Below, one piece after another: positions 7,583 through 16,675 of a DNA stretch of 41,808 nt. The notes below the pieces were generated by a model, which was not told the origin of the DNA, did not search any database, and worked only from the letters and a program-made list of their open reading frames with translations. Every line of letters begins with the position of its first letter. Position 1 is the stretch's first letter. Made by a program: the position numbers and the translations under genes. Source of the stretch: a virus (Duplodnaviria > Caudoviricetes); IMG/VR virus record IMGVR_UViG_3300036773_000080, positions 1 to 41,808 of that record. One strand, 5' to 3'.

Positions 7583-7832
7583 CATGACAACAACAGTTGA
7601 GTACATGCTGACAACTGTGGACAATCCTTACGATCCGTTCACACAGTTCGATGAGTGGCTTGCGTTTGATGTGAGTCATGGATACAACTCCGCATCCTTC
7701 CTTGCTCGAGTAGCTACTTTTTCAAATGAAGTGTCTGAAGCTGATCAGGCACTGGCAATTCAACAAGCAATCGATGAGATCGTGGCCGAGAACGTCAATG
7801 GAATGTGGCGTAAAGTCGCGAGAAAAAATTAA
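7575..7832 (+). CDS. small acidic hypothetical protein overlapping the end of the RNAP-like gene
   Basis: ATG 7575 overlaps the RNAP stop (ATGAGTGA); LTTVDNPYDPFTQFDEW motif. Confidence 0.8.
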   Translation: MSDMTTTVEYMLTTVDNPYDPFTQFDEWLAFDVSHGYNSASFLARVATFSNEVSEADQALAIQQAIDEIVAENVNGMWRKVARKN

Positions 7833-7896
7833 CAAAATTTCGACAAGTAAACTCAATTTACTTTCGAACAAATCAAAAGGGTGGTTGAGTTTTGAT

Positions 7897-7971
7897 AAGG
7901 GGGGGTGTCGCAAAAATTAACCCCCCCTTTACATCGCCCGGCTCCCAAAAATAGCCCCGGAGGGACTTTTT
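7897..7971. other. probable genome-end (cos) region
   Basis: AAG7T/AC7TT inverted repeat (7897-7929), CGCCCGGCT at 7935-7943 and AAAAATAGCCCCGGAGGGACTTTTT, directly upstream of the TerS and HNH genes. Confidence 0.55.
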
Positions 7972-7997
7972 CCACAAACAAAGTGAAAGGAGGTGGC

Positions 7998-8357
7998 GTG
8001 GCAGCAAGGAGAAGACGGGATGAGACAGCTGAAACTCGTCGAAAGCCCGCTACAACTCCTGAGGCCCGCGAGAACGAGCTCGTTTCACTAGCTCACGACC
8101 TGGCAGAACAGCAGATTCGTGAGGGTTCCGCTTCGTCTCAGGTGGTCACACACTTCCTGAAGCTCGGTTCGAGCCGTGAGAAGCTCGAGCAACAGCGACT
8201 TGAGCATGAGAACGAACTGACTCGAGTCAAGATTGAGCAGATCGAGTCTGCTCAACGTGTTGAAGAGCTATATGTCGAAGCGATCAAGGCTATGCGTGCA
8301 TATTCCGGCGCGGAGCCTCTTCCGGAGGACGATGACCAAGATACGAACGTACTCTGA
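7998..8357 (+). CDS. terS: probable terminase small subunit
   Basis: SD AAAGGAGG then GTG 7998; first gene after the putative cos; helical with a coiled-coil C-terminus. Function inferred from position. Confidence 0.6.
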   Translation: MAARRRRDETAETRRKPATTPEARENELVSLAHDLAEQQIREGSASSQVVTHFLKLGSSREKLEQQRLEHENELTRVKIEQIESAQRVEELYVEAIKAMRAYSGAEPLPEDDDQDTNVL

Positions 8358-8745
8358 GCTGAAAAGGCTGAGAAGTTTCGAAGAGCGTTTCGAATATCTG
8401 TCATTGGGCGGATATGTCGGTGAAAGCACGTTTGGGTTCGATCGTTGGGTCAATCAGGCCTTTTATCGTTCCAGAGAGTGGAAGATGACCCGTCACAGGG
8501 TTATTCTCCGCGATGGTGGTCTCGATCTCGGTATCGAAGGCCATGAGATATTTACGGGCTTGATCGTCCATCATATGAACCCTATTGCACTAGTTGATAT
8601 TCAGCACAGCTCAGAGTGGCTGTTGGAGCCTGAGTATCTTGTCACAACGTCTCTTCAGACACATAATGCAATTCACTATGGAGATGCAGCACTTCTACCC
8701 AGAGGACCAATTGTAAGACAAGCCGGAGATACCAAGCTCTGGTGA
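8332..8745 (+). CDS. HNH endonuclease (packaging-associated, HK97 gp74-like)
   Basis: SD GGAGG then ATG 8332; FYRSREW...VILRD...VHHMNP...THNAIHYG. Confidence 0.85.
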   Translation: MTKIRTYSELKRLRSFEERFEYLSLGGYVGESTFGFDRWVNQAFYRSREWKMTRHRVILRDGGLDLGIEGHEIFTGLIVHHMNPIALVDIQHSSEWLLEPEYLVTTSLQTHNAIHYGDAALLPRGPIVRQAGDTKLW

Positions 8746-8765
8746 TCTTGCAGAAGGAGAATCAA

Positions 8766-9179
8766 ATGGAGAATTTCGATCAGGAGCGCAGCTCCGAGCG
8801 TCAGGACAATCCCGCCGAGCCCGCTCAGCCGCATGAGCCGCTGGAGTCAGGTCCCGCCGGTCCGCCGAACCCGGTTGTCGGTGCCGATCAGCCGGTCACC
8901 GAGCCCGCCAAGCAGGAGACGGCGCTGGATGCCGGTCAGACGCCGCAGGCCGACACGTCTCAACAGGACTCCGCTCCGGTTCCGGCCGGTGAGCAGTCGG
9001 TCGAACAGGCTCCGAACTACGAGCAGGAGCAGCAGGCGGAGAACGACGCCTCCGACGAAGAGGTTCCGGACACCTCGGGTCTTGAGCCGAATGTTCAGTA
9101 TTCACCGGATCAGGTCCCGGCGGATGGTGACAACAGCCAGGCCGAGCTGAAGGAGGCTCCGGCCGATGACGCTCAGTAA
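8766..9179 (+). CDS. acidic P/Q/E/D-rich low-complexity protein
   Basis: SD AAGGAG then ATG 8766; GC3-rich codons like the capsid gene; probably disordered. Confidence 0.7.
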   Translation: MENFDQERSSERQDNPAEPAQPHEPLESGPAGPPNPVVGADQPVTEPAKQETALDAGQTPQADTSQQDSAPVPAGEQSVEQAPNYEQEQQAENDASDEEVPDTSGLEPNVQYSPDQVPADGDNSQAELKEAPADDAQ

Positions 9180-9675
9180 TCTCAATCCCGGTCAGAAGAA
9201 GACTGCTCGAGGAATCGCCCGGCACGCGGCGCTTCTCGGTCTTCGTCACGCCCCCGAACTCCACTACACACAGAGCTCGGCTCGCTGGCAGGGCATCAAT
9301 GAGCGAAAGCTGTCCGAGAAGGGACAGTATCCGACCGAGGCCGACTGTTCCGCTTTCGCCACCTGGTGTCTGTGGAATGCGCTGGCCGTCAAGTTCCATC
9401 AGGGCGACATCGTCAATGGCGAGAAGTGGCGAGCCGGTTACACCGGCACCATGCTCGACCATGGGATGCCCGTTCGTCGTCTCAGCGATGTCCGCTGGGC
9501 TGACTGCGTGATCTACGGCGTTCCCGGGACGACCGGTGAGCACACCGCGATCATCACTCACGTGGAGCCGGGTGGTCGGAATCTCCACGTCGTCAGCAAT
9601 GGCTCGGAAGCGGGTCCGTTCTGGCTTCCGTACAACTACCGGAGCGACATCATGTGCATCCGGAGGTACATCTAA
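9166..9675 (+). CDS. NlpC/P60-like cysteine peptidase, probable endolysin
   Basis: YTQ...RW, ADCSAF (catalytic Cys), GYTGTM, EHTAI (catalytic His); SD AAGGAGG upstream. Confidence 0.8.
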   Translation: MTLSNLNPGQKKTARGIARHAALLGLRHAPELHYTQSSARWQGINERKLSEKGQYPTEADCSAFATWCLWNALAVKFHQGDIVNGEKWRAGYTGTMLDHGMPVRRLSDVRWADCVIYGVPGTTGEHTAIITHVEPGGRNLHVVSNGSEAGPFWLPYNYRSDIMCIRRYI

Positions 9676-9697
9676 CACCCAGAAAGGGGGTGAGTAG

Positions 9698-10135
9698 ATG
9701 GAGACTAGTATTCTCACGAGTACTAAGAAGATGCTGGGCATCGATGCCGATTACACAGTATTCGATCTCGATATTATCACTCACATCAATTCGGCTCTGT
9801 CTACTCTCTCCCAACTGGGAGTTGGCCCTGCCGTCGGTCTGTCCATCGAGGACGCCTCGAGCAACTGGTCGGACTTCATCGCGGGTGACGACCCGTTCTA
9901 CAACTCGGTCAAGACCTACGTGTACCTCAAGGTGCGTCTGGTCTTCGATCCACCTGCTGTGTCCTACGTTCTCATTGCCGCCGAGCAACAGATCAGGGAA
10001 CTCGAGTGGCGTTTGAATGTGACACGAGAGGGAACGGACTGGGTCGATCCCGATCCAGCTCCCGATCCCAATCCAGAGCTCGAATTCGAAGAGCTCGAGG
10101 AGTTCATCGATCCCAATCCCGATCCAGTGGGGTAA
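9698..10135 (+). CDS. head-to-tail adaptor
   Basis: SILTSTKKMLG...FDLDIITHINS...YVYLKVRLVFDPP...ELEWRL, typical of phage connector proteins; acidic DP-repeat tail. Confidence 0.7.
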   Translation: METSILTSTKKMLGIDADYTVFDLDIITHINSALSTLSQLGVGPAVGLSIEDASSNWSDFIAGDDPFYNSVKTYVYLKVRLVFDPPAVSYVLIAAEQQIRELEWRLNVTREGTDWVDPDPAPDPNPELEFEELEEFIDPNPDPVG

Positions 10136-10537
10136 GTGATGGAACCAGAAGCAGTGGTGCAGGACCTCCTCGCCCATCATGGGGTCAGAGGGATGAAGTG
10201 GGGTGTTCGCCGCTCTCGTGGTGCCACTGAAGTGGCGGTCACCCAGAAAGGCAAGAAGCTGAAGGCCTCTGGTGGCAGTGGTCATACGCCTCATCCCGAC
10301 GCGGTCAAGGCGAAGAGCATCAGCCAGCAGCTGAAGAAGAGCGGAGCTCACTCGCTCTCCAACGAGCAGTTACAAACGCTGACCAATCGTCTGAATCTGG
10401 AGCAGAGCGCCAAGCGTCTGCACAGCCAGAGCAGCAGTGCCAATCGGTTGCAGCGTGGCAACGCGTTTGCTGGTGAAGTTCTCAAGTCGGCTGGGCATCT
10501 GGCAGCTGGGAAGAAGCTGGCCACGAAGCAAGCCTAA
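10136..10537 (+). CDS. basic protein with LAHHGVRGMKWGVRR motif (probably virion-associated)
   Basis: The HHGxxGMKWGVRR motif recurs in phage head-region proteins; located in the packaging operon. Confidence 0.75.
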   Translation: MMEPEAVVQDLLAHHGVRGMKWGVRRSRGATEVAVTQKGKKLKASGGSGHTPHPDAVKAKSISQQLKKSGAHSLSNEQLQTLTNRLNLEQSAKRLHSQSSSANRLQRGNAFAGEVLKSAGHLAAGKKLATKQA

Positions 10538-10551
10538 GAAAGGAGGTTAGC

Positions 10552-12297
10552 GTGGGTCTATCGAACATGGCGACACCGGTCTACTACGGTCGGTTTCGCG
10601 AAGCGGTTCTCCGTGGAGACATTCCGGTGAATCGGGAGATCTCGATGGAGATGAATCGTATCGACGCGCTCATCGCTAACCCCAACATGTGGTACGACGA
10701 TCAAGCGGTTGAGGGATTCATTCGTTACTGTGAAAAGGAGTTGACCCTCACTGATGGATCGGACCTTCATCTTCTCGATTCGTTTAAGCTCTGGTCAGAA
10801 CAGATCTTTGGTTGGTACTATTTTGTTGAGCGAAGTGTTTACGTACCGAGTAAAGAGAATCATGGAGGTCACTATGAGCGTCGAACTATCAAGAAGAGAC
10901 TCATCCTCAAGCAGTACCTCATCGTTGCACGTGGTGCCGCCAAGTCGATGTATGCCTCGTTGATTCAGAGTTACTTTCTGAACGTCGACACGGCAACCAC
11001 ACATCAGATCACCACGGCGCCGACGATGAAGCAAGCCGACGAAGTCATGTCGCCGATTCGTACGGCCATCACGCGCGCGCGAGGACCACTCTTCAAATTC
11101 CTCACCGAGGGCTCACTTCAGAACACCACGGGTTCAAGAGCCAATCGGGTCAAGCTGGCCGCGACGAAGAAAGGCATTGAAAATTTCCTTACTGGTTCAT
11201 TGCTTGAAGTCCGCCCTATGGCCATTAACAAGCTACAGGGACTTAGACCAAAGATCTCTTCAATTGATGAATGGCTGTCAGGAGACCTTCGAGAAGATGT
11301 CGTTGGCGCTGTTGAACAAGGTGCGTCCAAACTAGACGACTATTTGATCATAGCTATTAGTTCGGAAGGAACTGTCCGCAATAGTTCCGGCGATACGATC
11401 AAAATGGAACTAGCTGACATCCTTAAGGGTGAGTACCAAGCTCCGCACGTTTCCATCTGGCATTACAAGCTCGACGAGATCGAAGAAGTTGGTGATCCCT
11501 CCATGTGGGTGAAAGCCAATCCGAATCTAGGGGCAACAGTTTCGTACGAGACCTACCACCTCGACGTTGAAAGAGCCGAGAATGCTCCAGCTTCTAGGAA
11601 TGACATCCTTGCCAAACGGTTCGGTATTCCTATGGAGGGCTACACGTATTTCTTCACCTACGAAGAAACTCTTGTTCACCGTCCACGTGAATTCTGGTCA
11701 CTTCCTTGTTCTCTCGGCGCTGACCTATCGCAAGGCGATGATTTCTGTGCATTCACCTTCCTCTTTCCGCTGGGTGGAGAGAAGTTTGGAATCAAAACCC
11801 GAAGTTACATCACGTCACTCACGCTGATGAAACTACCTGGTGCCATGCGCACCAAGTATGAGGAATTCATCAACGAATCAAGCCTCCATGTCCTTGAGGG
11901 ATCGGTACTCGACATGATGGAGGTCTATGAGGACCTTGATACGTTCATTACGTCGTCTGAGTACGACGTTCGAACTCTGGGCTTTGACCCATACAATGCC
12001 AAAGAATTTGTCACCCGATGGGAAGCTGAGAATGGCCCGTTTGGAATCGAGAAGGTTATCCAGGGAGCCAAGACTGAATCTGTACCCCTCGGCGAGCTCA
12101 AGATTCTCAGTGAGCAACGACTCCTCATCTTCGATCAATCTCTCATGTCCTTCGCCATGGGCAACGCTATTACGTTGGAAGATACCAACGGCAACCGTAA
12201 ACTTCTTAAGAAGCGCCAAGATGAGAAGATCGATAATGTAGCCGCGCTTATGGATGCTTGGGTTGCGTACAAGGCGAATAAGGAGGCTTTCGAGTGA
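10552..12297 (+). CDS. terL: terminase large subunit
   Basis: Walker A VARGAAKS, Walker B SIDE, nuclease motifs GADLSQGDDF, FDPYNA and KIDNVAA. Confidence 0.95.
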   Translation: MGLSNMATPVYYGRFREAVLRGDIPVNREISMEMNRIDALIANPNMWYDDQAVEGFIRYCEKELTLTDGSDLHLLDSFKLWSEQIFGWYYFVERSVYVPSKENHGGHYERRTIKKRLILKQYLIVARGAAKSMYASLIQSYFLNVDTATTHQITTAPTMKQADEVMSPIRTAITRARGPLFKFLTEGSLQNTTGSRANRVKLAATKKGIENFLTGSLLEVRPMAINKLQGLRPKISSIDEWLSGDLREDVVGAVEQGASKLDDYLIIAISSEGTVRNSSGDTIKMELADILKGEYQAPHVSIWHYKLDEIEEVGDPSMWVKANPNLGATVSYETYHLDVERAENAPASRNDILAKRFGIPMEGYTYFFTYEETLVHRPREFWSLPCSLGADLSQGDDFCAFTFLFPLGGEKFGIKTRSYITSLTLMKLPGAMRTKYEEFINESSLHVLEGSVLDMMEVYEDLDTFITSSEYDVRTLGFDPYNAKEFVTRWEAENGPFGIEKVIQGAKTESVPLGELKILSEQRLLIFDQSLMSFAMGNAITLEDTNGNRKLLKKRQDEKIDNVAALMDAWVAYKANKEAFE

Positions 12298-12316
12298 GTG
12301 AAGGAGGTGAAATTCG

Positions 12317-13636
12317 TTGGGGTTTGGTTCGTATCTGAAACACGCGTGGAATGTCTTCACGAATCAAGATGCTTTAGGCTCAGGTAGTGCCGCAGCTTCT
12401 GGTGACTATGGAGCCGGATATTCGTTCAGGCCAGATCGAACAAGACTTCGAATTCCTAATGAACGCTCGATTATTTCCGCAATCTATACCCGCCTTGCTA
12501 TTGACATTGCGACGATCGATGTGCGTCATATTCGTACGGATGACGAGGGTCGATACAACGACGACATCGACAGCGGACTCAACAATTGTCTAACGGTTGA
12601 AGCGAATCTGGATCAAGCGGCACAGGCGTTCCGCATCGATCTCGCTTTGACCATGTTCGACAAGGGCGTTGCGGTACTTGTCCCGATTGATACAACTGTC
12701 GATCCAGGCAATACCGCGGGCGGATTCGATATTCTCACGTTGCGAGTCGGTGAAGTGATGCAGTGGTTCCCCGAGCACGTGCAGCTCTGGCTGTACAATC
12801 AGAAACTCGGGATTCGACAACTGGTCACTCTGCCGAAAGCCAACGTGGCCATCATCGAGAACCCGTTGTACTCGGTGATGAACGAGCCGAACTCGACTTT
12901 GAAGCGATTGCTGTACAAGCTCAATCTTCTCGACTCCGTCGATGAAGCAGCGGCTTCGGGAAAGCTCGATCTGATCATCCAGTTGCCGTACGTGATCAAG
13001 TCAGAGGCTCGGCGACAGCAAGCTGAGCAACGGCGTAAGGACATCGAGTTCCAGCTCAAGGGCAGTCAGTATGGCATTGCCTATACGGACGGTACGGAGA
13101 AGATCACTCAGCTGAATCGTCCTGCCGAGAACAATCTCATGGCTCAGATCGAGTATCTGAGTGCGCTGCTCTATGGTCAGCTGGGTCTCACCGACGCCAT
13201 CATGAATGGCACCGCCGATGAGAAGACCATGCTCAACTATTGGAATCGAACCATCGAACCCATCCTCGAGGCGATCTGCCAAGAGACATCTCGTAAGTTC
13301 CTGACCAAGACCGCAAGAACTCAGAAGCAAACGGTCGCGTACTTCCGTGATCCGTTCAAGCTGATCCCGATCGAGAACATCGCCAAGATCGCCGATGTCT
13401 TCAGTCGCAACGAGATCCTGACGGCCAACGAGATTCGACAAGTCATCGGCTGGCGTCCCTCTGGCGATCCCAAGGCCGACAAGCTCATCAACGCCAATAT
13501 TCGTGGTCAGACGCTGTCTGGTCTTTCTACGATTAGCACCGGAGCGAATGCTGGAGTCAACCCAGATTCCAATCCTGATGATTCCGGTCTCAGTGAAATT
13601 GATTCAGCATTGTCGACGAATGGATCGGGGCCATGA
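12317..13636 (+). CDS. portal protein
   Basis: 439 aa directly after TerL; C-terminal ILTANEIRQVIG motif of HK97-type portals. Confidence 0.9.
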   Translation: MGFGSYLKHAWNVFTNQDALGSGSAAASGDYGAGYSFRPDRTRLRIPNERSIISAIYTRLAIDIATIDVRHIRTDDEGRYNDDIDSGLNNCLTVEANLDQAAQAFRIDLALTMFDKGVAVLVPIDTTVDPGNTAGGFDILTLRVGEVMQWFPEHVQLWLYNQKLGIRQLVTLPKANVAIIENPLYSVMNEPNSTLKRLLYKLNLLDSVDEAAASGKLDLIIQLPYVIKSEARRQQAEQRRKDIEFQLKGSQYGIAYTDGTEKITQLNRPAENNLMAQIEYLSALLYGQLGLTDAIMNGTADEKTMLNYWNRTIEPILEAICQETSRKFLTKTARTQKQTVAYFRDPFKLIPIENIAKIADVFSRNEILTANEIRQVIGWRPSGDPKADKLINANIRGQTLSGLSTISTGANAGVNPDSNPDDSGLSEIDSALSTNGSGP

Positions 13637-14205
13637 CCCAATACGATCCTGTCTATTCGCATCAGTACTACGAACAGCACAAGAGTCTGAAGGGGCGAAA
13701 GCCCGGTGGAAAGGCTGCTGTGGTTGGCGCAGGTTTCACCACCGCGAAACTCGCTAAGAAGCCATCGCCGAACTCTTTGAGTGCGATCAAGCTGCCCAAC
13801 GGCAAGACTATCCACCTCAATGCTACTCAGCTGGCGGTAGCCAAGACCCATGTGGCTCAACGCATCACACAGCTGAAATCACATCTCTCTCAATTGCAAC
13901 ACAAGCTTCAGACTGAAAAGGCCAAAGTCAATGTGGCCAAGAAGGGGAAACAACCTCCGACTCAGTCTCAAAAGAACAAGACTGCGCAGAAGGCCAAGCA
14001 GTATCGGCAATCTCACAAGCAGCAACTCGCTAATAAGGCTAAGGCGAAGTCCAGCAGTGGGCCCAAGAAAGCCCCCAGCGTTCCCGCCAAGTCGACATCT
14101 AATCCTGTGGCGAGCCTAACGAAGCAAATCGCTCAGACACAGGGAGCGCTTGATGCAGCAACACGTCTGCAACAAACGCTCGCGGCAGCCAGTAAGAACG
14201 GCTAA
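13633..14205 (+). CDS. Lys-rich basic protein between portal and capsid genes
   Basis: YDPVYSHQYYE N-terminus, coiled-coil segments; start overlaps the portal stop (ATGA). Confidence 0.7.
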   Translation: MTQYDPVYSHQYYEQHKSLKGRKPGGKAAVVGAGFTTAKLAKKPSPNSLSAIKLPNGKTIHLNATQLAVAKTHVAQRITQLKSHLSQLQHKLQTEKAKVNVAKKGKQPPTQSQKNKTAQKAKQYRQSHKQQLANKAKAKSSSGPKKAPSVPAKSTSNPVASLTKQIAQTQGALDAATRLQQTLAAASKNG

Positions 14206-14241
14206 CAGGCCGACATCCAAAACTGAAAGCGAGTATTCAAA

Positions 14242-16326
14242 ATGGAAGCAGAGGCCAAGCCCGACTTCAGCGGCTGCGTCTTTGGTGGAAGTTTGATGCA
14301 CTCCGACAAGACCAAGGCGGACTTCAGCGGTTACGCCACTCGGGCCAACATCAAGTGCACCGATGGCCGAACCATCATGCCCGATGCCTTCAAGCATCAG
14401 GACACGATGACGGTGCCGCTCGTCTGGCAGCACAACCATGACGAGCCCGCCAATGTTCTCGGCCACGCGATTCTCGAAAATCGTGACGACGGCGTCTACA
14501 CTTACGGGTTCTTCAACAGCACCCCGGCGGCGCAGAACGCCAAGACGCTGGTTCAGCACAACGACATCAAGTCGCTGAGCATCTATGCGAATCAGCTGAC
14601 CGAGAAGGCCAAGCAGGTTCTCCATGGCTTCATCCGTGAAGTCAGTCTGGTTCTCGGTGGCGCCAATCCGGGGGCGTTCATCGACAACATCACCCTGGCC
14701 CACGCCGATGGTGGAATGGTCACGTTGGAAGACGAGGCCATCATTTACCCCGGCGTCGAAATCTCCCACGACAGTGACGGAGACGATCCAGACAACAGCG
14801 ACTCCTCCAACGACGCAGGCAACGCCAAGGAGGACAATTCGGACGAGGCTGAGCATACGGTCCAGGAGATCTATGACTCCATGACCGATGATCAGCAGTC
14901 AGTCGTCCACTATATGGTGGGAGCGGCTCTCGAAGGTGGATCCGGCGATGCCGCCCATTCTTCATCTGACAAGACCGGTGAACTGGTTCACGACGACACA
15001 AAGGATGGACGACGCATGACCCGCAACGTCTTCGAGCAGACGGGTGGTGGCACAGAGGACAAGAACGGGAAGCATGTCCTCACGCATGACGCGATGAAGG
15101 AGATCTTCGCCGACGCTCAGCGTGGTGGATCACTGAAGGACGCCGTCGAGGGTTACGCCCTCAAGCACGGCATCGACAACATCGACACGCTGTTCCCGGA
15201 AGTCAAGACGATCACCTCGACGCCCGAGTTCATCTCGCGGCGCGTCGAGTGGGTCAACGGGGTTCTCTCCGCGACCCGGAAGACGCCGTTCACTCGGATC
15301 AAGTCCCTGGTCGCCGACATCACATTCGAGGAAGCTCGAGCCAAGGGTTACATCAAGGGAAACCTGAAGAAGGAGGAGTACTTCGCCGCAGCGAGGCGAG
15401 TCACGACTCCGACCACGATCTACAAGAAGCAGAAGCTGGATCGTGACGATATCCTCGACATCACGGACTTCAACGTGGTGACCTGGCTGCAGGCCGAGAT
15501 GCGCCTGATGCTGGACGAGGAGCTCGCGCGCGCCATTCTCGTGGGAGACGGTCGTGCCATCGACGATGACGACAAGATCCGGGATCCCGCCGGTGCCGCA
15601 GAGGGTGCAGGCATCCGGGCCATCGTCAATGACGATGAGCTCTACGCCGCCACGGTGACGGTCGCCGCCGGTGCGCCGGGGAACGACATCATCGACGAGG
15701 TCGCTCGTTCGATGCGGTTCTACCGGGGATCCGGAAGCCCGACGTTCTACACGACGCTGCCGAGGCTGACCGATCTGCTCCTGCAGAGGGACTCGTTGGG
15801 CCGCCGCATCTACAACACGGCGTCGGACGTCGCTTCGGCGATGGGCGTGTCCAACATCGTCGCCGTTGAGGTCATGGAGGACGATGCCTATGCCGGACTT
15901 CTCGGCATCATTGTCAACCTGGCCGACTACACCATCGGTACCGATCAGGGCGGAGAGGTCAACTTCTTCGACTTCTTCGACATCGACTACAACCAGTACA
16001 AGTACCTGCTGGAGACACGTTGTTCCGGTGCCCTCATCAAGCCGCGCTCGGCTCTCGTGCTGAGAAGTGGTGCTGCGGGTGCCACAGAGGTCGTGCCCAC
16101 TGCCCCGACGTTCGATGAGGCCACGGGCGCTATCACGATCACCGACACCGCGGGTGTGGTGTATCGTCGTGCTGACACCAATGCAGTTGTCAACAACGCC
16201 GGTTCGCCGATCGCAGTCGATCCGCAGTCTGAGCTGAAGATCTACGCTCAGGCGGACGCGACTCACTTCCTCGAGGTCAATCAGGAAGACGAGTGGACCT
16301 TCAGGAACGATAATCCTGCCGCGTAA
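14242..16326 (+). CDS. prohead protease - major capsid protein fusion with C-terminal Ig-like extension
   Basis: N-terminal HK97-type protease (FSGYA, PLVWQH, SLSI, EVSLV..GANP), an acidic linker, a capsid domain and a C-terminal beta-rich domain. Confidence 0.92.
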   Translation: MEAEAKPDFSGCVFGGSLMHSDKTKADFSGYATRANIKCTDGRTIMPDAFKHQDTMTVPLVWQHNHDEPANVLGHAILENRDDGVYTYGFFNSTPAAQNAKTLVQHNDIKSLSIYANQLTEKAKQVLHGFIREVSLVLGGANPGAFIDNITLAHADGGMVTLEDEAIIYPGVEISHDSDGDDPDNSDSSNDAGNAKEDNSDEAEHTVQEIYDSMTDDQQSVVHYMVGAALEGGSGDAAHSSSDKTGELVHDDTKDGRRMTRNVFEQTGGGTEDKNGKHVLTHDAMKEIFADAQRGGSLKDAVEGYALKHGIDNIDTLFPEVKTITSTPEFISRRVEWVNGVLSATRKTPFTRIKSLVADITFEEARAKGYIKGNLKKEEYFAAARRVTTPTTIYKKQKLDRDDILDITDFNVVTWLQAEMRLMLDEELARAILVGDGRAIDDDDKIRDPAGAAEGAGIRAIVNDDELYAATVTVAAGAPGNDIIDEVARSMRFYRGSGSPTFYTTLPRLTDLLLQRDSLGRRIYNTASDVASAMGVSNIVAVEVMEDDAYAGLLGIIVNLADYTIGTDQGGEVNFFDFFDIDYNQYKYLLETRCSGALIKPRSALVLRSGAAGATEVVPTAPTFDEATGAITITDTAGVVYRRADTNAVVNNAGSPIAVDPQSELKIYAQADATHFLEVNQEDEWTFRNDNPAA

Positions 16327-16342
16327 TCAAGGGTAGGTGACA

Positions 16343-16675
16343 ATGGCAAGGTTCTTTGGTCGTGTCGGTTATGGTGAGCAGTCTGAGACATCTCCAGGTG
16401 TCTGGGAAGACATCATAACCGAGTATTCGTATTACGGGGACGTTATCCGCGATACACGACAGCTTCGTGCTGCGGATAAAGTCAACGATGATCTCAGCGT
16501 ACAAAATACGATCAGTATCATGGCCGATGAGTACGCAAATGACCATTTCTTTGCCATTCGATACGTGGAGTGGGCGGGGGTTCTCTGGACTGTCACGCAA
16601 GTGGAAGTTCAACGCCCCCGTCTGCTACTCAGCCTAGGGGAGGTGTACAATGGCCCCAAGGCTGCAACTCCATGA
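16343..16675 (+). CDS. head-to-tail stopper / head closure protein
   Basis: Position after the capsid gene; ETSPGVW...YYGDV...IRYVEWAGVLW pattern. Confidence 0.7.
   Translation: MARFFGRVGYGEQSETSPGVWEDIITEYSYYGDVIRDTRQLRAADKVNDDLSVQNTISIMADEYANDHFFAIRYVEWAGVLWTVTQVEVQRPRLLLSLGEVYNGPKAATP

Noticed and set aside
7905-7997. Track N-terminal extensions (also starts at 806, 4046, 8233, 31192, 31518, 32646, 33359, 36170)
   Set aside because: They run through cos, promoter, terminator or upstream-gene sequence; downstream starts have better SD sequences or stop/start coupling.
10044-10127. GATCCC-rich short repeats as a DNA element
   Set aside because: Explained by the DPDP/DPNP low-complexity tail of the adaptor protein.
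15130-16266. Long minus-strand ORFs (also 8896-9741, 9650-10351, 14116-14856, 24813-25637, 34532-35188, 38836-39465)
   Set aside because: Antisense shadows of GC3-biased + strand genes, with no motifs or SD sequences.
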